Of a stretch of 64,000 bases of DNA, positions 47,006-58,590 are shown piece by piece (position 1 is the first letter of the stretch; every line of letters begins with the position of its first letter). Both the position numbers and the translations under genes were made by a program. Under the pieces are notes generated by a model. That model saw only the letters and a program-made list of their open reading frames with translations, did not search any database and was not told the origin of the DNA. This stretch comes from Leucoraja erinacea (Eukaryota): the NCBI RefSeq assembly GCF_028641065.1, contig NC_073410.1, positions 558,001 to 622,000 on the forward strand. Direction: 5' to 3'.

Positions 47006-47187
47006 ACACACAAAATGCTGGAATAACTCAGTGGGCCGGGCAGCATCTCTGAAGAAAAGGAATAGGTGAAGTTTCGGGTTGAGATTCTTCGTCAGTCTGA
47101 AGAAGGGTCTCGACTCGATACATCACCTGTTCCCTTTCCCCAGAGATGCTGCCTGACCCGCTGAGTTCCTCCAGCTTTTTGTGTCTA
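47006..47187. mobile_element. Palindromic Penelope-derived element with 14-bp TSD (1 mismatch)
   Basis: TTCATGGAAGTTAT 46992-47005 and TTCGTGGAAGTTAT 47188-47201; inverted arms are centred on the hammerhead remnants near 47090. Confidence 0.8.
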
Positions 47188-47477
47188 TTCGTGGAAGTTA
47201 TTCCAGACTTCACCAGTGATAATATGTGATGGTAAAAACTTTGTAAACACCCTGTTGGAGTTCTGCTAAACAAATGCTGGGCCGGAGATCATTATCTGTT
47301 ACAATATCAATATATGAATGGGATGGTTGAGGCTGGGGTTGGGTTGAGTGGTGGGTAATCTTGTGAACAGCGGACCCCCTTTACAGAGGTTTGCTACAGC
47401 ACGGGAGGTGATAGATGGGGGGCTATTTCTGACATCAGTACTGCAGCGTTACAAAGAAATATCCTGCTGGTCATTCA

Positions 47478-48140
47478 GGAAACAGGCCCTTCTGCCCAAC
47501 AAAAAGCCAACCAAGATGCCCCATCTATGCTAGTCTCACCTGCCGCGCATGGCCCATATCCCTCTAAACCTTTCCCCTCCATGTTCCTGTCCAAGTGTCT
47601 ATTAAATGTTATTATACCTCCCTCAACTACTTCCTCTGGCAGCTCGTTCCATACACCCACCAACCTCCGTGTAAAAAACGTGTCCCTCAGGTTCGTATTA
47701 AATCATTGCTCTTTCTCTTCTTAAACCTGTGCCCTCTGGTTCTTGTACAGGAAGGAACTGTAAATGCTGGTTTAAACCGAAGATAGACACAAAATGCTGG
47801 AGTAACTCAACGGGATAGGCAGCATCTCTGGAGAGAAGCCCTCTGGTTCTTGATTCTTTAGACTGGATAAAAGACTCTGTGTATTCACCCTACTTATTCC
47901 CCTCACAACTTTACATAACTCTATAAGATCAGCCCTAAGCCACATGCACTCCATGCAGTACAGTCCTAGCCTCCCTATAGCTCTGGCCCTTGAGTCCTGG
48001 CACCATCCTTGTAAATCTTCTCTGCACTCTTTCCAGCTTAGTGGCTTCTTTCCCACAGCAGTGTGAACAAAACTGAACACAATACTCCAAGTGCGGCCCC
48101 ACCTACATCTTGTACATAATTCTACACTCCATTCAATTGT
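47478..48140 (-). mobile_element. CR1 LINE 3' portion, split by a 92-bp Penelope-derived insertion (47746-47837) with a perfect 15-bp TSD
   Basis: VGVWNELPEEVVEGGIITFNRHLDRNMEG; LRADLIELCKVVRGI; GCCCTCTGGTTCTTG at 47731-47745 and 47838-47852. Confidence 0.85.
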
Positions 48141-48235
48141 TGGCAAGTAGCAAATCGGATCACAATAGCAAATTGCGATTATTGTACAGAGGTTTATTCA
48201 GCCCTGGGGTTTGAAGGGTTGAATGAAGTTCCAAT

Positions 48236-48413
48236 ATTTGGCTATATTTAAGAGGGAGTTAGATGTGGCCCTTGTGGCTAAGGGGATCAGAGGGTATGGA
48301 GAGAAGGCAGGTATAGGATACTGAGTTGGATGATCAGCCATGATCATATTGAATGGCGGTGCAGGCTCGAAGGGCCGAGTGGCCTACTCCTGCACCTAAT
48401 TTCTATGTTTCTA
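48236..48413 (+). mobile_element. CR1 3' end (young, near-identical to 11016-11196)
   Basis: ttggctatatttaagagggagttagatgtggcccttgtggctaa...ctcctgcaccta. Confidence 0.85.
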
Positions 48414-50477
48414 ATAGTCAGTGCCATCACCGGTTGCTGACTCTTGCATGGTTTACTGCTGTGGTGTTAATGTTCATCTCCCTGGCTGGGAGATCTCAGT
48501 CACACAGCTGAGAACTGGGAAACCTCCCCCTCCTTCTCTCTATCTACATCCACGTCATCCTGCAGCTGGAACCTTGTGACTGTTTGCTGGGAGGGGATGC
48601 TGCCTTAAGCCTGGGAGCAGAAAAGATGAAAGGTTTGATGTTGTGAATGGGAAGAGTGTGTAGTTAATTATCTTGACGATTCAAAGTTGTCTTTTGTAAT
48701 TAAAAAGACAAGCAATTGTGCACTGAACGCATCACACAGTGGAACAGTGACGGGGGGGGGGGGGGGGGGGGGGGGGGGTGGGAATGGAGGGGATAGAACA
48801 GTGATGGGGTGGGGAATGGTACCTTACAGCACACTCAGGGAACCAGCACATCTACCATTCATTCTCTCCCATCAATGCCTATACCCTGCTCATTCCCCTG
48901 CATGACTGCAAATATTCTCCCCTTATGATGTATCCAATTCCCTTTTTGAAAGCTGCTATTGAATGCACAGGGAGTATATTCCAGGTCGTACATTGTTCTA
49001 CAAAGAGGACTGCACTCCATTCTCACTGGGTGCTGCAACCCATGATGCATTGTATCCTTGCATGTAGCATGCAACAAAAAAGCTTGTCACCGGAACATAG
49101 GTACATGTGACAATAATAAACTAAAGTAGACATGAGTGAAACCCTCATATATATTCCACACCTTCCTACCAATGGATGCCTGTCATCTGTCAAAGGGTGA
49201 ACAAAACAACTTGGTGTTGGGAAACTTCTTCTGCAAATCAATAGAAGGATGGTGCTTGTAAATAGTCCCTTCGGCCCATCGAGTTTGTGCCAACGGTCAA
49301 GCACAAGCACGTTTTTTCAATGTTCACCATCCTCAAGGACTGCCATGATCCTAAAGGCAAGCAGCTCCTGCCTGACCAGACCACGTCTCTCAGAGGCATT
49401 TAGCTGACATGTTGACCTAGTGAGTCAGAGGCAATCACAGCTTGGCTCTCAATGTAAATGCAGCAACACTTTGAAAAGGAAAAGAGAAAGATGCCTTTGG
49501 ACTTTGTAGATTCCCAGTTACAGAATGTTCCCATTACACATGTACGTACTCTCACACCTACAGACAAGACTGCCATATTCCAGAGGCTTTCACTTTTCAT
49601 TCTCTTGTGACTGTCAAGGCACTACCCTAAACGCTCAGCTTCTCATCAAGCAGTTTGTGTTATTCCCCTGTAGCAAAGCCCAGGTGCATTCAAAGGAACT
49701 GCCAAAGTCACCAATGAGAAACATGAGTTAAAAGTCAAAGGGAGTTTCAGAGCACTAATCCGCAGTCCCAACTGAACATCATCCATCAGTCTCTTCCCAA
49801 TCCTTCTTGCCCATTTATGTATCAGTTTTTAAATAAAACCAGACCTAAGAAGCAGAACTAAAAAGGTAATTCCTTTTACTTCTCTTTCATTATTATTAAA
49901 ATTACTTTGGAGCCGGACTACATTTTTCCAATTCTCAATCATGAGAGTGACCTTATGTCTCTGTTTCAAAGGGAGTCAGTTAAAACCACAGGAAAGCTGC
50001 CGGGTTTGGAGTCTGAAGCGCAGACACAGATAGCTGCTCGGCGGGGATAAGGAACCAGAGCGGCTGTCTTTGAAGAGTAAAGATTCAGCAAACTGTAGAA
50101 TCTGCAGCAGACAAACAGCTCACTGGGCTGGAGCTTTGTTACTGCTTTGTTTCAAATTAATGTCATGGAGTCGTAGAGTTATACAGCACACAATCAGGCC
50201 CTTCGGCCCAACTCGTCCATGCTGACCAAGATGATCCATCTACGCTCGTCCCATTTGCCTGCATCTGACCCGTATCCCTCTAAATTTTTCCTGCCCATCT
50301 ATCTGTCAAAATGTTATTTAAGTGTGGAACAATAGTTGTTATTGAACTGAGCAGCCACGGTGGGGAGAGGTGGGAGAGGGATTCGACACAAAGTAAGATG
50401 ATACCTGCAAACTACAGAAGATGGTCCTGAGAGATCTTACCTGCACTAATTGTTGTACTGGGGTTGGGCATAAACAT

Positions 50478-50968
50478 ACCCATGTCGTATGTAGAATCCA
50501 TGTAGTATGTAGAACCCATGTAGTATTTAGTGCCCATGTGGTATGTAGTACATACCCATGTAGTATGTAGTACCCATGTAGTATGTAGAACCCATGTAGT
50601 ACATACCCATGTAGTATGTAGAACCCATGTAGTATGTAGAACCAATGTAGTATGTAGTACCCATGTAGTATGTAGTACCCATGTAGTATGTAGAACCCAT
50701 GTAGTATGTAGTGCCCATGTAGTATGTAGTGCATACCCATGTAGTATGTAGTACCCATGTAGTATGTAGAACCCATGTAGTATGTAGTACCCATGTAGTA
50801 TGTAGTGCCCATGTAGTATGTAGTACATACCCATGTAGTATGTAGTACATACCCATGTAGTATGTAGTACCCATGTAGTATGTAGTAGTACATACCCATG
50901 TAGTATGTAGAACCCATGTAGTATGTAGCACATACCCATGTAGTATGTAGTACATACCCATGTAGTAT
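50478..50968 (+). repeat. 18/22-bp minisatellite (CCCATGTAGTATGTAGTA[CATA])
   Basis: About 25 copies. Confidence 0.95.
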
Positions 50969-51734
50969 GATTTGACCAGACAGCACAAAGGAGGCTTTTC
51001 ACTGTGTCTCAGTACACATGACAAGAACCAATACCAATACTTATTGATTATGACATGGAGATGGAAAAAGAATGGAACGTAATTTCCAGAAGGAATAGAA
51101 CATGCAGATACGAGGAACTGCAGTTGTTGGAATCTTGAGTGAAACACAAAGTGCTGGAGTAACTCAGTGCATCAGGCAGCATCCATGCAGCCCATGGATA
51201 GGTGACGTTTCAGGTCAGAACAAATGTGAGGAACGGCATTCTCTGTGGTTTCCCATGCCAATAAATGCAGGATTTCTTCTGAGAGAGGATTTTAGTTCAT
51301 GAGTAGAGGTTTCGATGAGGAATCTTGGCCATGTACTGAGAGTTGTGCTAAACACATCTTGAGTTCTTTGCCACCAAGGCGTTGTTGTTCTTCTCTGGAT
51401 TATGAAAATAAAGAGCTAATGTGGTAATATCTCATGATAGCAATTAACTGATGTAGCAAATGTCATGGTTAACAGTTTTAGATAAACAACCTATCGTGGC
51501 CATACAAAGACCTGCTGTTCCTGCATTAAACTTGTTGGTGTGTTCCGCATCAGCCCAGTGTTGCCAGCTAACTATCCGCTTCAGCAGATCAGCAATTAAT
51601 GCACAGAAGACCATGGTCTTTCTGTCTCTGAATCTCTGACCCAACTTGCCTAGTGACAGAATATTTGTCAAAGTTAATTTGATGGCAAAACATTCCTTGT
51701 TGTTCATTTGTTCAGACAGAAGGAGCAATAACTC

Positions 51735-51797
51735 ATCACTCACTCACTCACTCACTCACTCACTCACTCACTCACTCACTCACACACTCACTCACAC
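51735..51797 (+). repeat. (ACTC)n microsatellite
   Basis: Read directly. Confidence 0.95.
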
Positions 51798-52084
51798 ATA
51801 CATCCATGTACAAACTCCTCTGGAAACACACAAATCCCAGGGAAGGACACATTTCCACAGTGCGTCACAGAGCGGTGTGGGCAGGTATAGTAAGTCCAGG
51901 GACTGTTGCAGTATTGTCATGGTGTAAGCACAGTTGTAGCCCTGTAATGCTGCTGCAGTATTGCAGGTAACATAGGCAGTGGTGCAGTGGTGTGGGTGGT
52001 AGAAACCGTGGCAATGTGTAGGCACTGCTGCAGTGGTGCAGACACTGTTACAATGGTGTAAACCCTGTTGCATCAACGTTGAGC

Positions 52085-52500
52085 CTGTTGCAATGGTGCA
52101 GGGATGTTGCAATGGTATAAAGTATGTTGCAATAGTGCAGGGATTGTTCCAATAGTATAAAGTATGTTGCAATGGTGCAGGGATTGTTGCAATAGTATAG
52201 TATGTTGCAATGATGCAGGGATTGTTCCAATGGTGCAGGGATTGTTGCAATGGTGCAGGGATTGTTCCAATGGTATAGTATGTTGCAATGGTGCAGGGAT
52301 TGTTCCAATAGTATAGTATGTTGCAATGGTGCAGGGATTGTTGCAATAGTATAGTATGTTGCAATGGTGCAGGGATTGTTGCAATAGTATAGTATGTTGC
52401 AATGGTGCAGGGATTGTTGCAATAGTATAGTATGTTGCAATGGTGCAGGGATTGTTGCAATGGTATAAAGTATGTTGCAATGGTGCAGGGATTGTAGCAA
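52085..52500 (+). repeat. 38-bp minisatellite built from 20- and 18-bp GTTGCAAT subunits
   Basis: gttgcaatggtgcagggatt-gttgcaatagtatagtat, period 38 (52320, 52358, 52396). Confidence 0.9.
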
Positions 52501-53017
52501 TAGTGCGGCGACGTTACAGTAGTATTGTCCCAGATTCCAGCCACCCTGGAGTAAAATGATTCCCTTTCATCGGTTAAATGGCTTGTAAAGCTGCAGCAAG
52601 TAAGAATTTCATTGTTCCGCTGCTGAGAACAGAACAATTAAATACTCCACTCTCAAAGAAACAGTTAGAACAACGGTAAATAAAAACAGAACTCTGGTGG
52701 AATCCTTCCAAGGCTATCAATGACATTTGAATTAAGGAGTCTGGATAAGGAGATTGTTGTTAATTCAATGTAGTTTAGTTTAGTTTATTGTCACAGGTAC
52801 CGAGGTGTAAGTGAAAAGCTTTTGTTGCGTGCTAACCAGTCAGCGGAAAGACAATACATGATTAAAATCAAGCCCTCCATAGTGTACAGATACAGGATAA
52901 AGGGAATAATGTTCAGTGCAAGATAAAATCCAGTGAAGTTCGATTAAAGATAGTTGTAGGGTGAGGTAGATAGTAGCTCTAAGCTGCTATATCTTGTTTC
53001 CCTCTCCCCACACTGTC

Positions 53018-53105
53018 GGTCTGAAAAAGGGTCTCAACCTGAAACGTCACCCATTCCTTGTCTGCTGCCGGACCCACTGAGTTACTCCAGCATATTGTAT
53101 CTATG
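53018..53105 (+). mobile_element. Penelope-derived unit with mutated hammerhead (G8->A)
   Basis: ggtCTGAAAAagggtctcaacctGAAACGTCaccc. Confidence 0.7.
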
Positions 53106-53654
53106 GGATAGTTGAGTTGCTTGTTAGCGGTGGGGAAAGGCAAGGCTGTGTGGGGAGAGAGCAAGTGTGAGGAAGGACTAGCCTTTCACACAGAGGCCGG
53201 CTGATGAGCCTTGACCTGTACAATGCCCCAGGACAGGGACCGCACTTAGTGATAGCCAAGTGAGATCACAGCCACACAGAGAAGGGCCGAGAATTGTGTC
53301 TGCAACTTTACTACCAGAATTAAATAATTTTTAATATGTTTAAGTTGTGAATGATGCTAAAACTGACCAGAGTTAGTACAGATGCCATGGGCTACTCAAC
53401 TCTTACATCTGTTCCAGCCAATTAAGTCACGTCAATAGTCTTTGGGTACATTACAAACATTTAATACGATCCAGATCGCTGGCTGTTTAGTTATTGGTTA
53501 ATTTAATTTATTTTATCTTTTCATCAAGACCCAGTCTGCAGCAGGAAAATAAATGCTGACCAACATGCTGGGATGTTTAGGGGTTGGGGGGGGGGGGGGG
53601 GAGGTCAGTATCGTTCACATCTGAAACTGTGGACAAAGCCCATGCCTTTGAAAG

Positions 53655-54120
53655 NNNNNNNNNNNNNNNNNNNNNNNNNNNNNNNNNNNNNNNNNNNNNN
53701 NNNNNNNNNNNNNNNNNNNNNNNNNNNNNNNNNNNNNNNNNNNNNNNNNNNNNNNNNNNNNNNNNNNNNNNNNNNNNNNNNNNNNNNNNNNNNNNNNNNN
53801 NNNNNNNNNNNNNNNNNNNNNNNNNNNNNNNNNNNNNNNNNNNNNNNNNNNNNNNNNNNNNNNNNNNNNNNNNNNNNGGGGGATGTGTATGGGGGTGGGG
53901 ATGTGTGGTGTGTGTGTGATGTGGGTGGTGATGTGTGGTGGTGGGGTGGGGGTGTGCGGGGGGTGTGGGGATGTGTGTGGGGATGTGGGGGGATGTGGAT
54001 GGGGGTGTGTGTGGGGTGTGTGTGTGTGGGGGGGGGATGTGTGGGGGTGGGTGGGGATGTGTGTGGGGGTGTGTGTGGGGGTGTGTGTGGGGATGTGTGT
54101 GGGGATGTGTGTGGGGTGAC
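53655..54120. repeat. Assembly gap (53655-53877) and adjacent GT/G-rich simple repeat
   Basis: N run, then ggggatgtgt-type units. Confidence 0.95.
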
Positions 54121-54759
54121 TGGGGTGGAACAATGCCCGGGTATCGAGTGTCAGGACACCACCATTCAAAATGGTTTACGGGACATATTAGATAATGAGC
54201 TTCAGTAGGGCAACAGTTAATGCTGGACCTGGCCATTGGATAGAGCCCCTTCAAAGTGATCTCTCCTCATCTCTACTCTAAGTGGCAGCCCTTCTACCCT
54301 GGACTTTGACCCACGTCTCCAAGTCTCCAGTTTGGGGGAAGGTTGTTCCCTGCATCTACAATACCAATGTCTCTCAGTATCCTGTGCGCTGCATGGAAAC
54401 AGGCTTTCAGCCCAACTCATCCATGCCGAACAGGACACTCTAGGCTAGCCCTAATTAGCCTGCATTTGGCCCATATCCTTCTATTCCTGCCCTATCCGTG
54501 TACCTGCTCAAGTGTCTTTCAGATTTGTGCCTCAGCCACTTCCTCTGTCAGCTCGTTCCATGTGCCACTAACTGGGATAATTTGAATTTTGTTTGTAAAT
54601 TATAAGGACATACAAATACAATAGCGTACGAAAAAAAATAAATAGCTTTCTCATATTTTGGAGGCCAATTAGAGTACATAGGAAGTTCTGGAGTGCTTTG
54701 GAAATTTGGTTTTCACTCTAACAGTGTTAGTGCCACCTGCACAGATGCTGACACAATGT

Positions 54760-54990
54760 GTGAATTAAATTATTGGCCATTGGGTAAACCTCTCTGCTCT
54801 TCTTCAGTTTAAAACCACGGGATGATTTACATCCACCTGAGAGAGAAAGCAAGAGGTAAAGACAGCACCTGTGATCATGCCACACGCGCTCTGTCAGTGC
54901 AGACTGGATCCCCCCCAGAGTGTAGAACTGAAGTGTCTGGTGAGGGGTTTGATCCCTGTGTGAATGAGACCTTGGTTCCTGAGTCACCTC
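54760..54990 (-). mobile_element. Ancient Deu-domain SINE (SacSINE1/AmnSINE1-like) remnant
   Basis: Minus strand: caggtgctgtcttt...ctctcaggtggatgtaaatcatcccgtgg...tgaagaagagcagagag...tggccaata. Matches the Deu-domain consensus as I recall it (CTCTCAGGTGGAYGTAAAAGATCCCATGG...GAAGAAGAGCAGGGGAG...TGGCCAATA). Confidence 0.65.
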
Positions 54991-55026
54991 CTCAGGAGAG
55001 CTCATCAAAACTTTCATTGCCAGTTG

Positions 55027-55240
55027 GTAGACACAAAAAGCTAGAGTAACTCAGCGAGTCAGACAACATCTCTGGTGGAAAGGAATGGGTGACGTTTTGG
55101 GTCTTCTTCAGAAGAAGGGTCTCGACCTGAAACGTCACCTATTCCTTTTCTCCAGAGGTGGTGCCTGACCCGCTGAGTTCCTCCAGCTTTTTGTGTCTAT
55201 CTTTGGTTTAAACCAGCAACTGCAGTTCCTTCCTACACAT
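55027..55240. mobile_element. Palindromic Penelope-derived element
   Basis: Arms are centred on tcttcttcagaagaag (~55102-55117); possible TSD ttcattgccagttg / ttaattcccagttg. Confidence 0.8.
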
Positions 55241-56614
55241 CTTAATTCCCAGTTGTCTGAGTTCCCTTTAATGAATGTGCTTTGTCTCCATCAACATTAC
55301 CAGGAGCTCAGCGGCAGGCATCAGTGCAAGCCAACCACTGGTAGAATGCCGCATCTACTGCAGAACAAGTGGGGACATTTGATTTCTACCACAAATCCTG
55401 TTTACTGAAAATATCCAACGTATTTGCTGTGACTTGCATCATCTGGCCAGCTGTGAAATATCATTACAGGCTGTTTTAGATCCATAAATGGATACCATTC
55501 AGAATTTATGCCAGCAGCAGTATGAGATCAGAACAAACAAATGTCACAAGATTTCAAAGCCTGAATGGACACCTTTCATGTTCCACCTCACCATCATGCT
55601 CAGAACACGCGTGTGTGTGTGTGTTCACAGACATCAATTATAGACACTTTAATCCACAAACATAAATAGCAACAGGAAATTGACAGTAAATACCCAGGAG
55701 GTCTGCGGCATCTGTGGAGTAAATAGATTTAGTAATGGTGACCTTTCATCTACAAATTGTATTCCTCGCTCATGCAGGTAGTTTGCTAGGTTGTGCCTTC
55801 TTCTCCTCCACCTGGACAGGTAGGTTGCCAGGGTTCGATGCCACTCTAATGCTGGAGCCTGGTGGACAATGAATGTTTCACCTGGTCATGGACCCACAGA
55901 AACTGATGTATGAATAATGAGCAAGATTATAGCTGGCCCTGTGAGATATGGAGGATACCACACAAGTCCCAGGAATTAGTCAGAAGAGTTGTATAAAGGG
56001 CAGTCATTTGTTCCGCCCAATCCCTGACTCATATCCACACTGGTGTTTGCCACATGACCGGTTAAACAATCCTCTCCACTTGTAGGAACATTGGGACAGA
56101 GAGATTTACACAATGGTTCAGAGGACAACGGGCCAATTGTCAGCAAATGGGACTAGCCCAGAATGCCAACTTGTTTGGCATAGACATGATGGGCCAAAGG
56201 GCCTGTTTCCATGCTGTACAGCTCTATGAGTCTCTCACTCTAACTTCCAACGTCAGGAGAAAGGGCTTTACCAAGATGAAGCTCACAGTGAGGAGAGATC
56301 ACAGCAGATTGTCGATGTGTCTGAGGAATTGGTGCAAAAATTGGAAAGGAGAGTGAGAGAGAGAGAGGTTTAGGCTGATGGGGATTGATGGAGATGGGGC
56401 TGCAATCCCACATCAACCAGTGGACTGACTGGTCCATTTGATGGGATATCAGGGCCTGATCTGAGTTGTGGGCCACATCATTTCCATCTTTCTCATTATT
56501 CACGTTTTAACATTTTCTTGATGTGTTGCCTTACTTCAGATCAGACACTCTCCCATCCATTCCCCTTTCGACTTTTGGCACCAGATGAAGTAAGTCTCCC
56601 CAAGTAACATCCAC

Positions 56615-56828
56615 AGCACATCATTTCCATCACCTCCAACAAATCACATCTTCCCACCTCCATCCTTCCCACATTCTGCAGAGACAACTCTTTAGATCAC
56701 TCATGCCTTCCTGTCCAAATCAACCACTCCTTAGATACTTTCCCCTGCAACTGCAGGAGATGCAACACCTGTCCATATACCTCCTCCCTCACCTCCATCC
56801 AAGGACCCCAGCAGTCCTTCCAGGTGAG
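56615..56828 (+). mobile_element. Penelope-like element coding remnant (Cys knuckle upstream of the GIY-YIG endonuclease)
   Basis: 56737-56826 translates TFPCNCRRCNTCPYTSSLTSIQGPQQSFQV, preceded by degraded HF.HLQ/HIFP/F.RD.SL motifs. This resembles the C-x(3-4)-RC-x-TC linker of Neptune-type PLEs. Confidence 0.7.
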
Positions 56829-56834
56829 CCACAG

Positions 56835-57325
56835 GTGAGTCCACATTTGGAGTATTGAGTTTCGTTTTAGTCACCTTGCTATGGGAAAGATGGCATAAGT
56901 GAAAAGAACGCAGAGACGATTTACAAAGATTCTATAAATCAGTATGATGGCTTCAACTGTTGAGAGAGACTCGGACATTATTTCTTGGAACACATGAGGC
57001 TGAGAGATGATTTTCTCGAGGTGTATACAGTCATGAGTGGAAGATAAGGTGAATGCACATATCAAGAACCAGAGTAAATAGGTTTACGGTGAGATGGGAA
57101 AGATTTAATCGTAGCCTGAGGGGCAATTTCTTCACACAGAGAGTGGTGGGTTTATGGAATGAACTGCAGAAGAGGTACTTGAGGCAGGCATAAAAACAAC
57201 ATTTAAAACACATTTGGACAGGTACATAGATAGGAAAGGTTTAGAGGGATGTTGGCCAAACGCAGGCTAATGGGACAGGCTTAGATGGGGCATCTTGGTC
57301 AGAATGGACAAGTTGGACCGAAGCT
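56835..57325 (+). mobile_element. CR1 LINE 3' portion
   Basis: ccacatttggagtattg...ttcttcacacagagagtggtgggtttatggaatgaactg...tttggacaggtacatagataggaaaggtttagagg. Confidence 0.8.
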
Positions 57326-57904
57326 TTCTGGCATTACTCAATGGGATAGTAATGCTTCTATTAACTAGTCTGATCACAACCATCTATTTGACTAATAGGA
57401 ACTTTAAGACTTTGCTGACTGTGATTGTTACTGCAATTGTATCGTCCTTAAGGCAGCTGTTTTGAAAATAAAACAGGGATTATGTCAGAGTGATCCCACA
57501 TGAACCGCTGACAGGTTTGGCTCAGCTGGAGATTAGTTGGGGAAACACTGCCATCGTGAGTATTGCCAATGTATCTGCCAGCAAGTCAAATGACCACTGC
57601 TTCCATGATCATAACATGTTATAATATCACATACATGTAACTCTCTGCACCACATACAACTCTCAGTAATATACAACGTTATGATACATACAGATAGAGT
57701 AGACAGCCAGAACTTGTTTCTCCCAGGGTGGACTGTGCAAGGCTAGAGGGCATAGCTTTAAGATACGAGGGGAAAAGATTAAAGGTGTGCAGGACAAGTT
57801 TTTACACAGAGTTTGGTGGGAGTTGAGAACGAAGGGAGCAGGTACGAGAGTGATGTTTAAGAGGCACATGGATATGTAAGGGAGGGAGGGATATGGATCC
57901 TGTG

Positions 57905-58215
57905 TTTATCGGGATGCATCACAACATGGTTTGGGAACAGCTCCATTCAAGACCGCATGAAATTGTAGAGAATTCCGAACCGAGCCCAGACAATCACACA
58001 AACTATCCTCCCTCCCATTGACTCCATCTACACCACGCTGCTTCAGCAGGGTCTCCAGACTCCATTTACACCACGCTGCTTCAGCAGGGTCTCCAGTATA
58101 ATCAAGGGTGAGTCAATCCCTCTTCTCCCCTCTGCCATCAGGCAAGAGGTACAGAAGTTTGAAAAAGCACAACTCCAGATTCAGAGACAGTTTCTTCCCA
58201 GTTGTTATCAGGCCG
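57905..58215 (+). mobile_element. Rex1/Babar-like RT C-terminal fragment with an internal 38-bp duplication (58020-58095)
   Basis: SLFSPLPSGKRYRSLKKHNSRFRDSFFPVVIR. Confidence 0.8.
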
Positions 58216-58239
58216 GACCTCCTATCTACATCATTGAAG

Positions 58240-58590
58240 ATGGACAAAAATGCTGGAGAAACTCTGAGTTATGGTGCAGCAGCATCTATGGAGCTAAGGA
58301 AATAGGCAACGTTTCGGGCCGAACCTTCTGGAAATAGGCAACGTTTCGGGCCGAAACCCGGAAGGGTTTCGACCCGAAACGTTACCTATTTCCTTAGCTC
58401 CACAGATGCTGCCTGACCCGCTGAGTTACTCCAGCACTCTGTGAAACGTAACCTATCCATGTTCTCCACAGATGCTGCCTGACCCGCTGAGTTACTCCAG
58501 CACTCTGTGCAGCAGTTCTCCACAGATGCTGCCGACCCATGGAGCGAAGGAAATAGGCAACGTTTCGGGCCAAAACCCTTCTTCAGACTG
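58240..58590. mobile_element. Composite subfamily A/B hammerhead element inserted into the Rex1-like copy; intact minus-strand hammerhead at 58559-58586
   Basis: Same architecture as 43990-44200; CTGAAGAagggt(tttg)gcccGAAACGTT. Confidence 0.8.

Noticed and set aside
50339-52637. Repetitive 135-280 aa ORFs (YYILHG / LHHCNI)
   Set aside because: Minisatellite translations open in all three frames.
55027-55240. Palindromic elements as DNA-transposon MITEs
   Set aside because: Variable 12-15-bp TSDs, variable arm lengths, and solo 5'-truncated copies with TSDs fit a retroelement (PLE) origin better.
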